Numbered from the stretch's first letter, positions 7,254-17,960 are shown. The stretch is 64,000 bases of DNA from Desulfobacterales bacterium (GCA_046483495.1 JAWODC010000044.1:64001-128000), one strand, 5' to 3'. Program-made: numbers and translations. The notes: a model not told the origin generated them from the letters alone.

Positions 7254-10171
7254 CAGCCCCCCTGTGCCATGATTTTTTCATAAGGGATTTCCTGCTGCCC
7301 AAGCACCTGCCGCAGGTACTTGCCGGTATAGCTGGTTTCAGACATCGCCACGCTTTCCGGGGGCCCGGCCGCCACGATCCGCCCCCCTTCCCGGCCGCCC
7401 TCGGGCCCGAGGTCGATAATCCAGTCCGCGGATTTAATCACGTCCAGGTGATGCTCGATCACGACCACCGTATTCCCGGCATTCACCAGGTTCTGCAGAA
7501 CGGAAATAAGCATCTTGACATCTTCGAAATGAAGCCCGGTAGTGGGTTCGTCCAGTATGTACAAGGTCCGGCCCGTACTTTTTCGAGCCAATTCCTTTGC
7601 CAGCTTGATGCGCTGGGCCTCACCCCCGGACAGCGTCGTGGCGGATTGCCCGAGCTTGATATATCCCAAGCCTACCTGCATGAGCGTGTCCAGAATGGCT
7701 TTGATTTTGGGATGGTTTTTAAAAAGCTCCAGTGCCTGCCGGACGGAAAGGTTCAACACGTCCGCAATGGAATGGCCCTTGTAGCGAATTTCCAGGGTGG
7801 TGTCATTGAACCGTTTGCCTTTGCAGATTTCACAGGGCACGAATACATCCGGCAGAAAATGCATTTCAACACGGATATAGCCATCGCCGGCGCAGTGTTC
7901 ACAGCGCCCGCCCTTGACGTTGAATGAAAAACGGCCCTTCTTATATCCGCGCGCCCGGGATTCCGGCAGTAAGGCGAACAAGTCTCGAATGTGGTCGAAC
8001 ACCTTCGTATACGTGGCCGGGTTGCTCCGAGGTGTGCGGCCGATGGCTTTCTGATCGATGTTGACGACCTTGTCGAGACGGGAAAGACCGGTAATCCCAC
8101 CATGTCTGCCGACCTCGCCGACACCCCCATGGAGCTTTCGCATCAGCGAGGGATAGAGAATCTGGTTGGTGAGTGTGGATTTGCCCGCTCCTGAAACACC
8201 GGTTACCAGGACAAAGAGGCCCAGCGGGATGTCGACCGTAATGTCCGCCAGATTGTTTTCAGAGGCCTTTTTAATCGAAAGCCGGTGATTTCCGACATCT
8301 TTCGGATTGCGCCGAACCTCCGGAACGGGTATTTTTTCTTTCCCGGACAGGTACTTGCCGGTCAGTGACACCGGGTGGGACTTTATTTGGGCGGGGGTCC
8401 CTTCGGCAACGATTTGTCCCCCAAGAAGACCGGCGCCCGGACCGATATCCACAACCCAGTCCGCCGTTTCGATGGTTTCCTGATCATGTTCTACGACAAT
8501 CAGTGTGTTGCCGATATCCCGAAGGTGGCGCAAGCTGTCCAACAGCTTCCGGTTGTCCCTCTGGTGCAATCCGATGGAAGGTTCATCGAGTATGTAGAGC
8601 ACACCTGTCAGTTCCGACCCCACCTGGGATGCCAAGCGGATCCGCTGCGATTCACCGCCGGACAGCGTCGGTCCTTTTCGGTCCAGTGTAAGATAATCGA
8701 GTCCGACGTTGATGAGAAATCCCAGTCGATTGACAATCTCCTTGAGCAGTTCACCGGCTATGATTCGGCGGTTTCCCTCCAGTGAAAGACCGCTTACGAA
8801 TTGATAGCATTCCTGAATGGTCATCTGCGTAATGTCCATAATGGAGCATCCGTTTACCCGTACATGAAGAACTTCCGGTTTTAAGCGGCTGCCCCCGCAC
8901 GTCGTGCATTTTGCCGAAGACATGAAGCGGCCGTACCATTTCTTTGCGCTCTCGGACTTTGTTTGCAGATACCGTCGCATCATCGAGTTCAACAGGCCTT
9001 CGATGGACGTGGTGACATTACCCTTGAAATTTTCGGAGTTCCACCTGATCGTGGCGTTCTTTCCATTGGACCCGTAAAGGCACAGCTCCTTTTGTTTTTT
9101 CGGCAGCTTTCGCCATGGGACATCCAGGTCCAGCCCGAATTGCTTTTCCAGGGCTTGTATCTTCCGAAGCCCCCAGGATGTACCGCCGGGTTTTTGGAAA
9201 TAGCTCCTCCACGGAAGGACGGCCCCCTGCCGGATGGTGAGCCGGGGGTCGGGCACGATTTTACCCGGGTCCATGGAAAGCACGGTACCGATTCCGTTGC
9301 ATTCCGGGCACATTCCCTGTGGGGAATTGAATGAAAACAGCGGGGGATCGAGTTCAGGGAATGCAAAACCGCAGCAGGAACGGGCTTCGCTCATACGAAT
9401 GTCTTCGCCGTCCACTACGTGGACCACCAAATTCCCTTTTCCATACTTCAAAGCGGTTTCCACCGAATCGGTCAAACGGGTTTTAAAGGCCGCATCCGTT
9501 CGAATGACCAACCGATCCACCACCACCTCGATATGATGCTTTTTATTCTTGGAAAGGCGTATAACGTCGGCAAGATCCTGGACCACACCGTCGATGCGAA
9601 TCCGTGCAAAACCGTCACGCTTGAGTTCCTCGATCCGTTCCCGGTGTTCACCCTTGCGATTTTCGATGATCGGCGCAAGAAGCAGTATTCGCGTGTTCTC
9701 GGACAGTTCAAGAATCTGTGAAACCATGCTCTGGGCATCCCCCCTGCCGACCTTGCTGCCGCATTTGTGGCAGTATTGAATGCCGATTCTCGAAAAGAGC
9801 ACCCTGAGATAATCGTACACTTCCGTAATCGTGCCTACTGTCGACCGGGGGTTCTTGCTTGCCGATTTCTGTTCGATGCTTATGGTGGGTGACAGGCCTT
9901 TGATGGTATCGTACTTGGGCTTTTCCATCTGCCCCAGGAATTGGCGCGCATACGATGACAGCGATTCAATATATCGCCTCTGCCCTTCCGCAAATATCGT
10001 ATCGAAAGCAAGGCTGGATTTTCCGGACCCCGAAACACCGGTGAACACGATCAGTTTTTTTTTGGGAAGACTGACGGTTACATCTTTTAAGTTGTGCTCT
10101 TTTGCCCCCTTGACAATGATATGGTCGTACTCTATCGCGCCTGCTTTAATGCGGTTCTTTCTCACGTTCAT
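7253..10171 (-). CDS. uvrA: Excinuclease ABC subunit A
   Basis: GAKEHNLK, TGVSGSGKSSLAFDTIFAEGQRRY, two ABC domains (LSGGESQRIRLA, LSGGEAQRIKLA), zinc fingers. Confidence 0.98.
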   Translation of the reverse strand: MNVRKNRIKAGAIEYDHIIVKGAKEHNLKDVTVSLPKKKLIVFTGVSGSGKSSLAFDTIFAEGQRRYIESLSSYARQFLGQMEKPKYDTIKGLSPTISIEQKSASKNPRSTVGTITEVYDYLRVLFSRIGIQYCHKCGSKVGRGDAQSMVSQILELSENTRILLLAPIIENRKGEHRERIEELKRDGFARIRIDGVVQDLADVIRLSKNKKHHIEVVVDRLVIRTDAAFKTRLTDSVETALKYGKGNLVVHVVDGEDIRMSEARSCCGFAFPELDPPLFSFNSPQGMCPECNGIGTVLSMDPGKIVPDPRLTIRQGAVLPWRSYFQKPGGTSWGLRKIQALEKQFGLDLDVPWRKLPKKQKELCLYGSNGKNATIRWNSENFKGNVTTSIEGLLNSMMRRYLQTKSESAKKWYGRFMSSAKCTTCGGSRLKPEVLHVRVNGCSIMDITQMTIQECYQFVSGLSLEGNRRIIAGELLKEIVNRLGFLINVGLDYLTLDRKGPTLSGGESQRIRLASQVGSELTGVLYILDEPSIGLHQRDNRKLLDSLRHLRDIGNTLIVVEHDQETIETADWVVDIGPGAGLLGGQIVAEGTPAQIKSHPVSLTGKYLSGKEKIPVPEVRRNPKDVGNHRLSIKKASENNLADITVDIPLGLFVLVTGVSGAGKSTLTNQILYPSLMRKLHGGVGEVGRHGGITGLSRLDKVVNIDQKAIGRTPRSNPATYTKVFDHIRDLFALLPESRARGYKKGRFSFNVKGGRCEHCAGDGYIRVEMHFLPDVFVPCEICKGKRFNDTTLEIRYKGHSIADVLNLSVRQALELFKNHPKIKAILDTLMQVGLGYIKLGQSATTLSGGEAQRIKLAKELARKSTGRTLYILDEPTTGLHFEDVKMLISVLQNLVNAGNTVVVIEHHLDVIKSADWIIDLGPEGGREGGRIVAAGPPESVAMSETSYTGKYLRQVLGQQEIPYEKIMAQGG

Positions 10172-11019
10172 TTAAACTTTCTTTCGGGCCACCATGGAAA
10201 GAAATCGGGCATATCCGTGCTCGGCTTCATGGTGAACTTCGGGGGTCGTTTTTCATGAAATGCATTTACGGCCTCTTTCGAATCCGGCATCAGACCCAGC
10301 CAGTATATGCATTTCGACTCGATTTTATGGGCTTCCATGGGATGATCCGCCGAGAGCATTTTCCACAACAGCTGCCGGTTCAAAGGGATGGATATCGCAG
10401 AAGTATTGTCCGCAATTTCCCCGGCCGTCTCAAACGCTTTTTCCATCAGCTGTTCATGTGGAACCACCCGGCTGACGAGCCCTCCCGCCAGTGCTTCCTG
10501 AGCATCGAATATTCTGCCGGTATAGGCCCATTCAGCCGCTTTGCTGATGCCGACGATCCGCGGCAGAAACCAATTGCTGCAAGCTTCCAGGGTAATGCCC
10601 AGGCGCGTGAACACAAATCCGATTTTTGCTTTTTCAGAGGCCAGACGGATATCCATGGGCAGTGTCATGGTAATGCCGACACCGATTGCGGCACCATTAA
10701 TGGCGGCAATGACCGGCTTTTTCATCTCGAAAATCCGTAAGGCGACGATTCCGCCGATATCCCGGTGCGTATCCAAGGTGGCCCGGGCCTGCTTTTCGTA
10801 GTCGAATCCCTCCTCGAGATCATGGCCCGAACAGAACCCACGGCCTGCCCCGGTGACGATCACGACCCGGACATCATCGTCTTCATCCGCCCGGTCGAAG
10901 GCATCCATCAGCTCGGGCGCCATGACATAATCGGTAAATGCGTTCAGTTTCTCCGGCCGATTCAGGGTAATGACCAACACCCGGTTTCGGACCTCATAAT
11001 CGATTTGGGTATAGTCCAT
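10168..11019 (-). CDS. Enoyl-CoA hydratase/isomerase (crotonase) family protein
   Basis: LNRPEKLNAF, TGAGRGFCSGHDL, KPVIAAINGAAIGVG; GGAGG RBS before ATG 11019; overlaps the uvrA start (ATGA). Confidence 0.92.
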   Translation of the reverse strand: MDYTQIDYEVRNRVLVITLNRPEKLNAFTDYVMAPELMDAFDRADEDDDVRVVIVTGAGRGFCSGHDLEEGFDYEKQARATLDTHRDIGGIVALRIFEMKKPVIAAINGAAIGVGITMTLPMDIRLASEKAKIGFVFTRLGITLEACSNWFLPRIVGISKAAEWAYTGRIFDAQEALAGGLVSRVVPHEQLMEKAFETAGEIADNTSAISIPLNRQLLWKMLSADHPMEAHKIESKCIYWLGLMPDSKEAVNAFHEKRPPKFTMKPSTDMPDFFPWWPERKFK

Positions 11020-11224
11020 TTGGATTCCCTCCAATTTCATGCACACATAGACGTCGGACGCAAATCCCCGGTGGATCCATCCTGCAAGGCAATTAACACA
11101 GTCCCCGATAAAGATCAATTAGAGGATTGTTGTTTACTAATACCGGATCGATTGATATAAATACCGAAAAAAATTAACCCTTGTTTCCCCTTTCTCTTAG
11201 GGTATGCCTACAGCCGCAACGATT

Positions 11225-11869
11225 ATGGCGATATGTGTCAATGAAATATTTTACAGCATTCAGGGCGAATCGATTCATGCCGGCCGCCCGTGCGTGTTCA
11301 TCCGTGTTGCCGGATGCAATCTGAGGTGTTCATACTGCGATACGCGGTACGCGTATGAAGACGGTCGAATACTGGACATCGCCGGCATCATGGAAGCGAT
11401 TCGAGGATTCAACTGCCGTTTAGTGGAAGTCACCGGCGGTGAGCCCCTGCTTCAGCAGGATGTGTTGCCCCTGATTTCGACACTGGCTTCAGAAGGCTAC
11501 GAGACGATGCTGGAAACCAACGGTACCCTTGCGATCGAAGCGGTGGATGAAAGATGCATGAAAATAGTGGACATTAAATGCCCCGGAAGCAATGAAAGCG
11601 GCCGGTTCAACCGGAACAACCTTGCCTGCCTGGGGCCGCAGGACCAGATCAAGTTCGTCCTCAAAGATCGCACGGATTATGAATTCGCCGCAAAATGGCT
11701 CCCGGAAATCCCAGCTTGTGTTCCACGCCGCCACGTGCTGTTTTCACCGGTATTCGGGGTACTCGATCCGGCGGAGCTTTCCGCCTGGATCCTTGGCGAT
11801 CATCTGCCGGTGCGCGTTCATCTGCAGCTTCACAAAGCGATCTGGCCGAAACTGGACAGGGGGGTATAA
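11225..11869 (+). CDS. queE: 7-carboxy-7-deazaguanine synthase (radical SAM)
   Basis: [39 protein letters not shown]; adjacent to queC. Confidence 0.92.
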   Translation: MAICVNEIFYSIQGESIHAGRPCVFIRVAGCNLRCSYCDTRYAYEDGRILDIAGIMEAIRGFNCRLVEVTGGEPLLQQDVLPLISTLASEGYETMLETNGTLAIEAVDERCMKIVDIKCPGSNESGRFNRNNLACLGPQDQIKFVLKDRTDYEFAAKWLPEIPACVPRRHVLFSPVFGVLDPAELSAWILGDHLPVRVHLQLHKAIWPKLDRGV

Positions 11870-11879
11870 CGATTGCCGT

Positions 11880-12581
11880 ATGCCGGATGTGACATTTGAA
11901 AAAAAGAAAAAGGCCGTTGTCCTTTCCAGCGGAGGAATCGATTCCACCACCGCCATGGCCATGGCCAAAGACATGGGCTTTTCGATTTACAGCCTTACGG
12001 TGAATTACGGCCAACGGCATAGGCAAGAACTCGCAGCCGCCCGTAATGTGGCCGAGGCGCTGGGAGTGGAAATCCACATGGTAATGGATCTTGACCTGCG
12101 AAGCATCGGAGGTTCGGCACTCACGGATGATATCCCGGTCCCAAAATCGGTTTCCCGCCAAAGCGGCATTCCGGCAACCTATGTTCCGGCAAGAAATACG
12201 ATTTTTTTATCCTTGGCTTTATCATGGGCGGAAGTGCTGACATGCGGGGATATTTTCATCGGCGTAAATGCAATCGATTACAGCGGGTATCCGGATTGCC
12301 GGCCCGAATACATCCAATCCTTCGAAAAAATGGCGAACCTGGCCTTAAAAGCGGCGGTTGAGGGCCGCATTACCGTTTGCATCCAGGCCCCGCTCATTCA
12401 TATGACCAAGGCGCAAATTATCGAGACCGGCATCCGTTTTGGGGTGGATTATTCACTAACGCACAGCTGTTACCATCCTGATCCCACAGGAGCGGCCTGT
12501 GGTGTTTGTGACAGCTGCATGATCCGAAAAAAGGGTTTTTCCGACGCAGGCGTTCCGGATCCGACCCGATATGCATTATGA
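11880..12581 (+). CDS. queC: 7-cyano-7-deazaguanine (preQ0) synthase
   Basis: [30 protein letters not shown]...CGVCDSC. Confidence 0.96.
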   Translation: MPDVTFEKKKKAVVLSSGGIDSTTAMAMAKDMGFSIYSLTVNYGQRHRQELAAARNVAEALGVEIHMVMDLDLRSIGGSALTDDIPVPKSVSRQSGIPATYVPARNTIFLSLALSWAEVLTCGDIFIGVNAIDYSGYPDCRPEYIQSFEKMANLALKAAVEGRITVCIQAPLIHMTKAQIIETGIRFGVDYSLTHSCYHPDPTGAACGVCDSCMIRKKGFSDAGVPDPTRYAL

Positions 12582-13012
12582 TCGTATTTGATGGAAAATA
12601 CAGCTGGTCCGGTGTAAAAAAATCCGAAGTGCGTCCCGTGAACTGGTGGTCCGGCGCTTACTGGCTGAAGATTATCGATCTTTCCGGAAAAAAAGGCGGC
12701 GTTCTGATGCTCAAACCAATCGTTGCCATCATTTCCGATACCGGGGAAGGCGCTTCCGCCGCGAATTACGCCTCCGAGCTGGTCAAAAGCGTGTGCCGGG
12801 ATTTTAATCTGGACATCAAAAAGCTGAATTGGATCGAATTCGATCCCGGGCCGCCCGAGCAAATGAATGTGGCCAAGCTCATCCCCGTGGCAAGACTGAA
12901 AGGCGATGTCCATTATACCGCGGACTGGCGCTCCATTCGAATCGATGAGCTTGAAATGATAGCACCCTATTCCCTTCGGGCTCGAAGGATACTGCGATCC
13001 CTTTCAGCTTGA
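12578..13012 (+). CDS. Hypothetical protein (144 aa)
   Basis: ORF overlapping the queC stop (ATGA); no recognisable motif. Confidence 0.7.
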   Translation: MIVFDGKYSWSGVKKSEVRPVNWWSGAYWLKIIDLSGKKGGVLMLKPIVAIISDTGEGASAANYASELVKSVCRDFNLDIKKLNWIEFDPGPPEQMNVAKLIPVARLKGDVHYTADWRSIRIDELEMIAPYSLRARRILRSLSA

Positions 13013-13067
13013 ACCGAACGGGTTGCGAATTCCAATTCTGCGAGCAGAAAAAAGGAGATAAAAACGT

Positions 13068-14885
13068 ATGTTTGATGAACAGGATTTCGAGGGATTGGAT
13101 CCGGAACAAGCGCGGTTGATTTATCAACCCGGGAAAAACCCGGAAACCGATGCATGGTTCAACGGGTTTTTTATCGAAAATCACCTGGACTATTACACCA
13201 ACCCCGACCATGCCTGTACACCCGAGCAAATCCGGTTCATGGTCTATACCGAAGATAATGAACAGTACTATCCGTGCTCGGACAAAATGTTCGAAGCGAT
13301 TATGCACCGCAACAAGTCGGCTTTCCTTCAAAAGAAATACAACGAAGTCTTTCAGCGGCTGTTGGCTTTGATCGATCGACAGATTGAAGATCCGTGGGAA
13401 AAATCCTTTCTGGAAAGTCTTATCATCATCAAATTCAAACACGAAACCCGTGATGAAATCATGATTCCTTCCCGGGTTGAAAAACGGCTGTTGGGGATGT
13501 TTTTAAAACGCACCCAAATCGAGGATCCTTATGTTTGCGACAAAGTCGCACGCAACCGGCGTGCATTGCAGGTGCTCGCATCACCGGCCTTTCAAACCGC
13601 CATCAACCGGGTAACGGAAAATGAATTTGAACGGCTCCCGACAAGGTTTTCGGAAATAAAAAAGAGAGTGGATTACATCGAGTTAAGGCGCCTTATTTCC
13701 CTATGCGTCGAGCGCACGATCTGGGAAACCGACGAAGCGAAGCATTACACAGTTGAGGATTACCATAAGATTCTGGAACGTCCGCTGTCCGGAAGAGGCG
13801 TGGGCCGCTTTTTTCAATTTTTCGGCCTGGATGAAGAAGATCATTCCGGTACGGGATACGAAGCCAAAAAAATACTTTGGCTGGTCGACGAATCCGGAGA
13901 ATTCCTGATCGATCTGTACATTATCCGCTATCTCGAAAAACTCGGGCATAAAATCATTATTGCCTTCAAAGGCGGACCGCTATACACGAAAATCGATTTC
14001 GTGGATCTTCAGGAAGATGAGATTCTCAAGAAGGAAACCGAGGGCATCTACATGATCCATGAGAATGCAATCACCAAAAATCAACTGATATCGCTGATCC
14101 GCAGCGACCACAATATCCTTGCCATTTCCGACAGCACCCGCGAAAATGTCAACCTCATTCTTGCATCCGTCACGTTCGCCCGGATTTTCAAAGAAGTCGA
14201 TGTCGTCATATCGCGGGGTGCGGACCAGAAGCGGCGTTTTTTCGAGACGCATTTTCAATTTACCCAGGATATTTATAACATTTCCGCGAACCAGGCGGGT
14301 TTTGCAGAAATATCCCACAAGTCCATGCACCCGAATGTGAAAAAATTTTCCTACAAAGATCTGGAGATCAAGGCTCAGCGCATCATCGACGAAATGAAAG
14401 CCGCCAAAAAAGACAAAATGACCGTGGTTTTTTACAGCGGCATCATCGGCTCCATTCCCGGAAAAGTGGAAATGGCAAAGCAGGTGATGGCGGCCTTTGT
14501 CAAATACCTGAAAGACCAGTACGCCATGACTTTCATTATCAACCCATCCGAATACTTCGAACCCGGTATGGATGCGGATGATCTCATGTATATGTGGGAA
14601 ATCGTGCAGCGAAGCGGTTATATCGACATCTGGCGCTTCCAGACATATGAGGATATCGCGCTTTCATTTCAGCTTATGAACATCAAAATCCCGCCGGAAT
14701 GGGTGGGAAAGGACGCCACCTACAGCACCGGCTGCACCAAAGAGATGCGGATTGCCCTGGAAGTCCAGCAGCTGCATCCGGAGATGCAGATCATCGGGCC
14801 TTCAAGGGAAAAATTTATGCGCCGCAGCGAGTATGGCATAGGAAAACTGTACGACAAGCGGCTCGTAGACACCTGCACGATTTAG
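13068..14885 (+). CDS. ARMT1/DUF89-like domain protein with C-terminal NDT/DUF4406-like domain
   Basis: DUF89-like motifs DPYxxxKxxxN, LVDESGEFLID, KGGP, DVVISRG; C-terminal FYSG...INP...D...STGCTKE pattern; AAGGAG RBS. Confidence 0.7.
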   Translation: MFDEQDFEGLDPEQARLIYQPGKNPETDAWFNGFFIENHLDYYTNPDHACTPEQIRFMVYTEDNEQYYPCSDKMFEAIMHRNKSAFLQKKYNEVFQRLLALIDRQIEDPWEKSFLESLIIIKFKHETRDEIMIPSRVEKRLLGMFLKRTQIEDPYVCDKVARNRRALQVLASPAFQTAINRVTENEFERLPTRFSEIKKRVDYIELRRLISLCVERTIWETDEAKHYTVEDYHKILERPLSGRGVGRFFQFFGLDEEDHSGTGYEAKKILWLVDESGEFLIDLYIIRYLEKLGHKIIIAFKGGPLYTKIDFVDLQEDEILKKETEGIYMIHENAITKNQLISLIRSDHNILAISDSTRENVNLILASVTFARIFKEVDVVISRGADQKRRFFETHFQFTQDIYNISANQAGFAEISHKSMHPNVKKFSYKDLEIKAQRIIDEMKAAKKDKMTVVFYSGIIGSIPGKVEMAKQVMAAFVKYLKDQYAMTFIINPSEYFEPGMDADDLMYMWEIVQRSGYIDIWRFQTYEDIALSFQLMNIKIPPEWVGKDATYSTGCTKEMRIALEVQQLHPEMQIIGPSREKFMRRSEYGIGKLYDKRLVDTCTI

Positions 14886-17866
14886 AATAGTGCCTGCCAT
14901 TTGACGGGTATTCTCACCATGCTGCCGGCCTTGTTGGTGAACAGAAGATAGCCGTTTTTTACGCCGAATTGAAATAAATCCCGTGTCAATCGGACATCAT
15001 CCCGGCAGTAGCGGCGGATCTCATGGATTCTTCCCTCTTTCCACCACTTCAGCGCTTTTAGACCGTCACCGGATTTTTTCATTCCCAACGTATAGCTGCA
15101 CAGATGATCCAGAGACAGCCGGTAACCCAGATGCCGGTAAACATCTTCAAGAATATCCAGCGTCCGGAAACTGCTGAAATCGAATCGGGTATATCCTCCG
15201 AGAACCCGATAATCGAACCGCTTGATATTGAATCCAACGACCAGTTCGAGCTGCTTCATCCCGGCAATGAGGTCTTCGATCTGATGTTCCGAAAATTCAA
15301 GGTATTCATCCGTATTCGAAACATACAGTACGGCACAACTGATTCCCATCTTATGCGCGCGGTGCCATCCCCCCACCTCATCGGCGGAACGCTGAGTCTC
15401 GAGATCCAGCACCCCGAAACAACACCGGTGCAGCACTTCTTCGCATCCGGTCGGCATGTCATTGCAGACAGGGACCTGCTTTTTTCGAACAGCGCGGATT
15501 GCCTTTGCCGACCGCTTTCGCATTCCGGAAAGCGCAATGGATATCTTATCGCGTCGGATTGCTCCCAACGGCTTTTGGTCATCGAAGCGGCCGTTTGGAA
15601 GAGACACCTCCGGATCTTTAAGCATCCTTGCAAGAATAAAGAAAGCCGCCTGCTTGTCGATAGGGCGGTTCCCGGACCCGCACTTCGGCGAATGAACACA
15701 ACTCGGGCATCCTCTTTCACAAGGGCAGTCACGGATCGCCTTCAAGGTGTGGCTCAGCAGGTCTCCTATTTTCTTAAAGGCCGTTTGCGTCAGTCCGGCG
15801 CCACCGGCAACACCATCGTAGACAAATACGGCGGGACCACCGACCTGCGGGTGGTGAGGGGTGGATATGCCGCCAAGATCGTTTCTGTCCGTCATCACCA
15901 GAAGGGGAAAAATGCCGATTGCCGCATGCTCGATGGCATGTATGCCGCCCATGAAATGAAGGCAGTTCGCTTCCGTATCTTCCTGCACGAAAGCCGGGAT
16001 GTGAATCCACAACCCGTCGGTTTCAAATGTCAGGGGCGGCAGATCCAATGAAATTCGATGTAACCGTTTTTTATGGTATAGCGTCCATTTTTCATACCCG
16101 TAAACCTGTTCGGTGACTTTAAGCCTTCCCGAATACACGTCGGTTCCCAGGTGGGTGGTGCGGTCGTAAATGTCGAGGATTTCCGTTTCCTTCTGCGATA
16201 ATGCACGGGTATAATAGGGAAGGTTCGCCGGTGAAGCCGTTGCCGTACACGTACCGATATCCAGAGATTCGATATGGTAGGTCTCTCCCATATGCAGGTA
16301 TACCGCACCCGGATGCGTTTCCTTGAAAGCGCGAAAAGCGTCGATTTCTCCGATAACGGTCCGGGTTTTGGAATCTACGATCGCATAACGATTTCCGGAC
16401 CCTCGTAAATCCACATCGCGGTGCGGCATTTTCCGGTTGGAAAACCATTCAACACCCGAAGCCCCTCGTAACAATCCGCCGTTTTCCTCCAGTTCGGATA
16501 CCATGTTTCGTATCGGCGGTTCGGCAAGATACGGCTCTTTTTCGCTCAGGGCCAGCTCGGCGGCCGCACATATCATGTGTTTGCCAATGATATGCCGGTT
16601 GTACGGATTAATGACGGCGCTTTCCGGTTCACGGGTGATCAAGTCGTCCGGATGCCGCATAAAATACTGGTCAAGAGCGTCTTCTCCGGCGATGAGGACC
16701 AGTGCGGAATCCTGCCCGCTTCTGCCGACCCGCCCCCCACGCTGAAGCGTCGAAATCACCGTTCCCGGATAACCGACAAGCAGGCAAAGATCCAGATCAC
16801 CGATATCGATGCCGAGTTCGAGCGCGCTGGTCGAAATAACGGCCAGCAGGTCCCCTTCAGCCAGGCGATTTTCAATCGATCGTCTTTCTTCCGGCAAAAA
16901 TCCTGCGCGATAAGCGCTGATACGGTGCCGGTCGTCACCGGCCCTGTTTTGCACCCACATGGCAAGCAGTTCCGCCATTTTCCTGGATTGGGTGTACACG
17001 ATCGTTCTCAATTCTCGATGCAGGGCGGCCTTCAGCAGAGCGATAACCACCCGGGACATTCCCTCGACCGGGTCGATGAAAAGCACATGCCGCTTTCCCT
17101 GGGGAGCTCCGCTCCGGGTGACGGCGTGAACGTCTAGACCGGTGAGCTGCCGTGCCAGCTGTTCCGGATTGGAAATGGTTGCAGAGCAAAACACGAAGGT
17201 CGGCGAGGATCCGTAATGGGCGCAAATGCGTTTGAGCCGCCGGAACACCTGGGCCATATGCGACCCCATCACGCCCCGATAGATGTGAACTTCATCCACG
17301 ACAACGATCTTCAATGCGGAAAAAAAATTCTCCCACTTTCGGTGATACGGCAGAAAAGACAGGTGCAGCATTTCCGGGTTGGTAAAAACGGCATTAGGGA
17401 GGTTTTCCCGAATCTTTTTGCGCTTCCACGCCGTCGTATCTCCGTCGTAAATCGCCGCCGTCGGGTTTGCCCGGTGCAGTTTTTCGGACAGCATGGAAAA
17501 AGCCTGCAGTTGGTCCTGGGCCAGTGCTTTTAAGGGGAAAATATACAGCGCTTTAGAGGAGGGGTCCTCCAAAATATGTTCGAACACCGGCACGTTATAA
17601 ATCAGCGTCTTTCCGCTCGCTGTCGGCGTCGCAACGACGGTATGAAGGCCGCGTCCGACATGGGCCAGGGCTTCGGCTTGATGGGCATAAAGCCCCGTTA
17701 TGCCCATCGCCTGCAATGCCGCACGGATTTCAGGCACCCGGGAAGCGCCGCAATCATCCCATTTCGCCGGAAAACCGGGAAGAATGCGATGAAAAGCCAC
17801 CTGGTCCTTCATGCGGCAGGATGTTTTCAGCGATTCAACATACTCATTGATGTCGGATGATTTCAT
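14882..17866 (-). CDS. DEAD/DEAH-box helicase with DUF1998 Zn domain fused to a C-terminal DEDD/RNase H-like exonuclease (MrfA/YprA + MrfB/YprB-like)
   Basis: TPTASGKT, DEVH, SAT, STSALELGIDIG, QRGGRVGR; CPCERGCPSC; C-terminal LDLETQ, GFNIKRFD, YCRDDV. Confidence 0.88.
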   Translation of the reverse strand: MKSSDINEYVESLKTSCRMKDQVAFHRILPGFPAKWDDCGASRVPEIRAALQAMGITGLYAHQAEALAHVGRGLHTVVATPTASGKTLIYNVPVFEHILEDPSSKALYIFPLKALAQDQLQAFSMLSEKLHRANPTAAIYDGDTTAWKRKKIRENLPNAVFTNPEMLHLSFLPYHRKWENFFSALKIVVVDEVHIYRGVMGSHMAQVFRRLKRICAHYGSSPTFVFCSATISNPEQLARQLTGLDVHAVTRSGAPQGKRHVLFIDPVEGMSRVVIALLKAALHRELRTIVYTQSRKMAELLAMWVQNRAGDDRHRISAYRAGFLPEERRSIENRLAEGDLLAVISTSALELGIDIGDLDLCLLVGYPGTVISTLQRGGRVGRSGQDSALVLIAGEDALDQYFMRHPDDLITREPESAVINPYNRHIIGKHMICAAAELALSEKEPYLAEPPIRNMVSELEENGGLLRGASGVEWFSNRKMPHRDVDLRGSGNRYAIVDSKTRTVIGEIDAFRAFKETHPGAVYLHMGETYHIESLDIGTCTATASPANLPYYTRALSQKETEILDIYDRTTHLGTDVYSGRLKVTEQVYGYEKWTLYHKKRLHRISLDLPPLTFETDGLWIHIPAFVQEDTEANCLHFMGGIHAIEHAAIGIFPLLVMTDRNDLGGISTPHHPQVGGPAVFVYDGVAGGAGLTQTAFKKIGDLLSHTLKAIRDCPCERGCPSCVHSPKCGSGNRPIDKQAAFFILARMLKDPEVSLPNGRFDDQKPLGAIRRDKISIALSGMRKRSAKAIRAVRKKQVPVCNDMPTGCEEVLHRCCFGVLDLETQRSADEVGGWHRAHKMGISCAVLYVSNTDEYLEFSEHQIEDLIAGMKQLELVVGFNIKRFDYRVLGGYTRFDFSSFRTLDILEDVYRHLGYRLSLDHLCSYTLGMKKSGDGLKALKWWKEGRIHEIRRYCRDDVRLTRDLFQFGVKNGYLLFTNKAGSMVRIPVKWQALF

Positions 17867-17960
17867 ATCAACGTGAATGCCGTGGACCGGCGCCCTGGAT
17901 TTCGGCTGCCGGGCCTTTAACGAAATGGTCAGCCGGTTATCGTGTGAAAAAAACTTTAAA

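Noticed and set aside
11225..17866. Dpd (7-deazaguanine DNA modification) or Qat defence island suggested by queE/queC next to a DUF1998 helicase
   Set aside because: No dpdA/TGT paralog, DpdB/DndB, PLD nuclease, TatD or KAP ATPase. QueC and QueE look canonical, and the helicase is convergent and MrfA-like.
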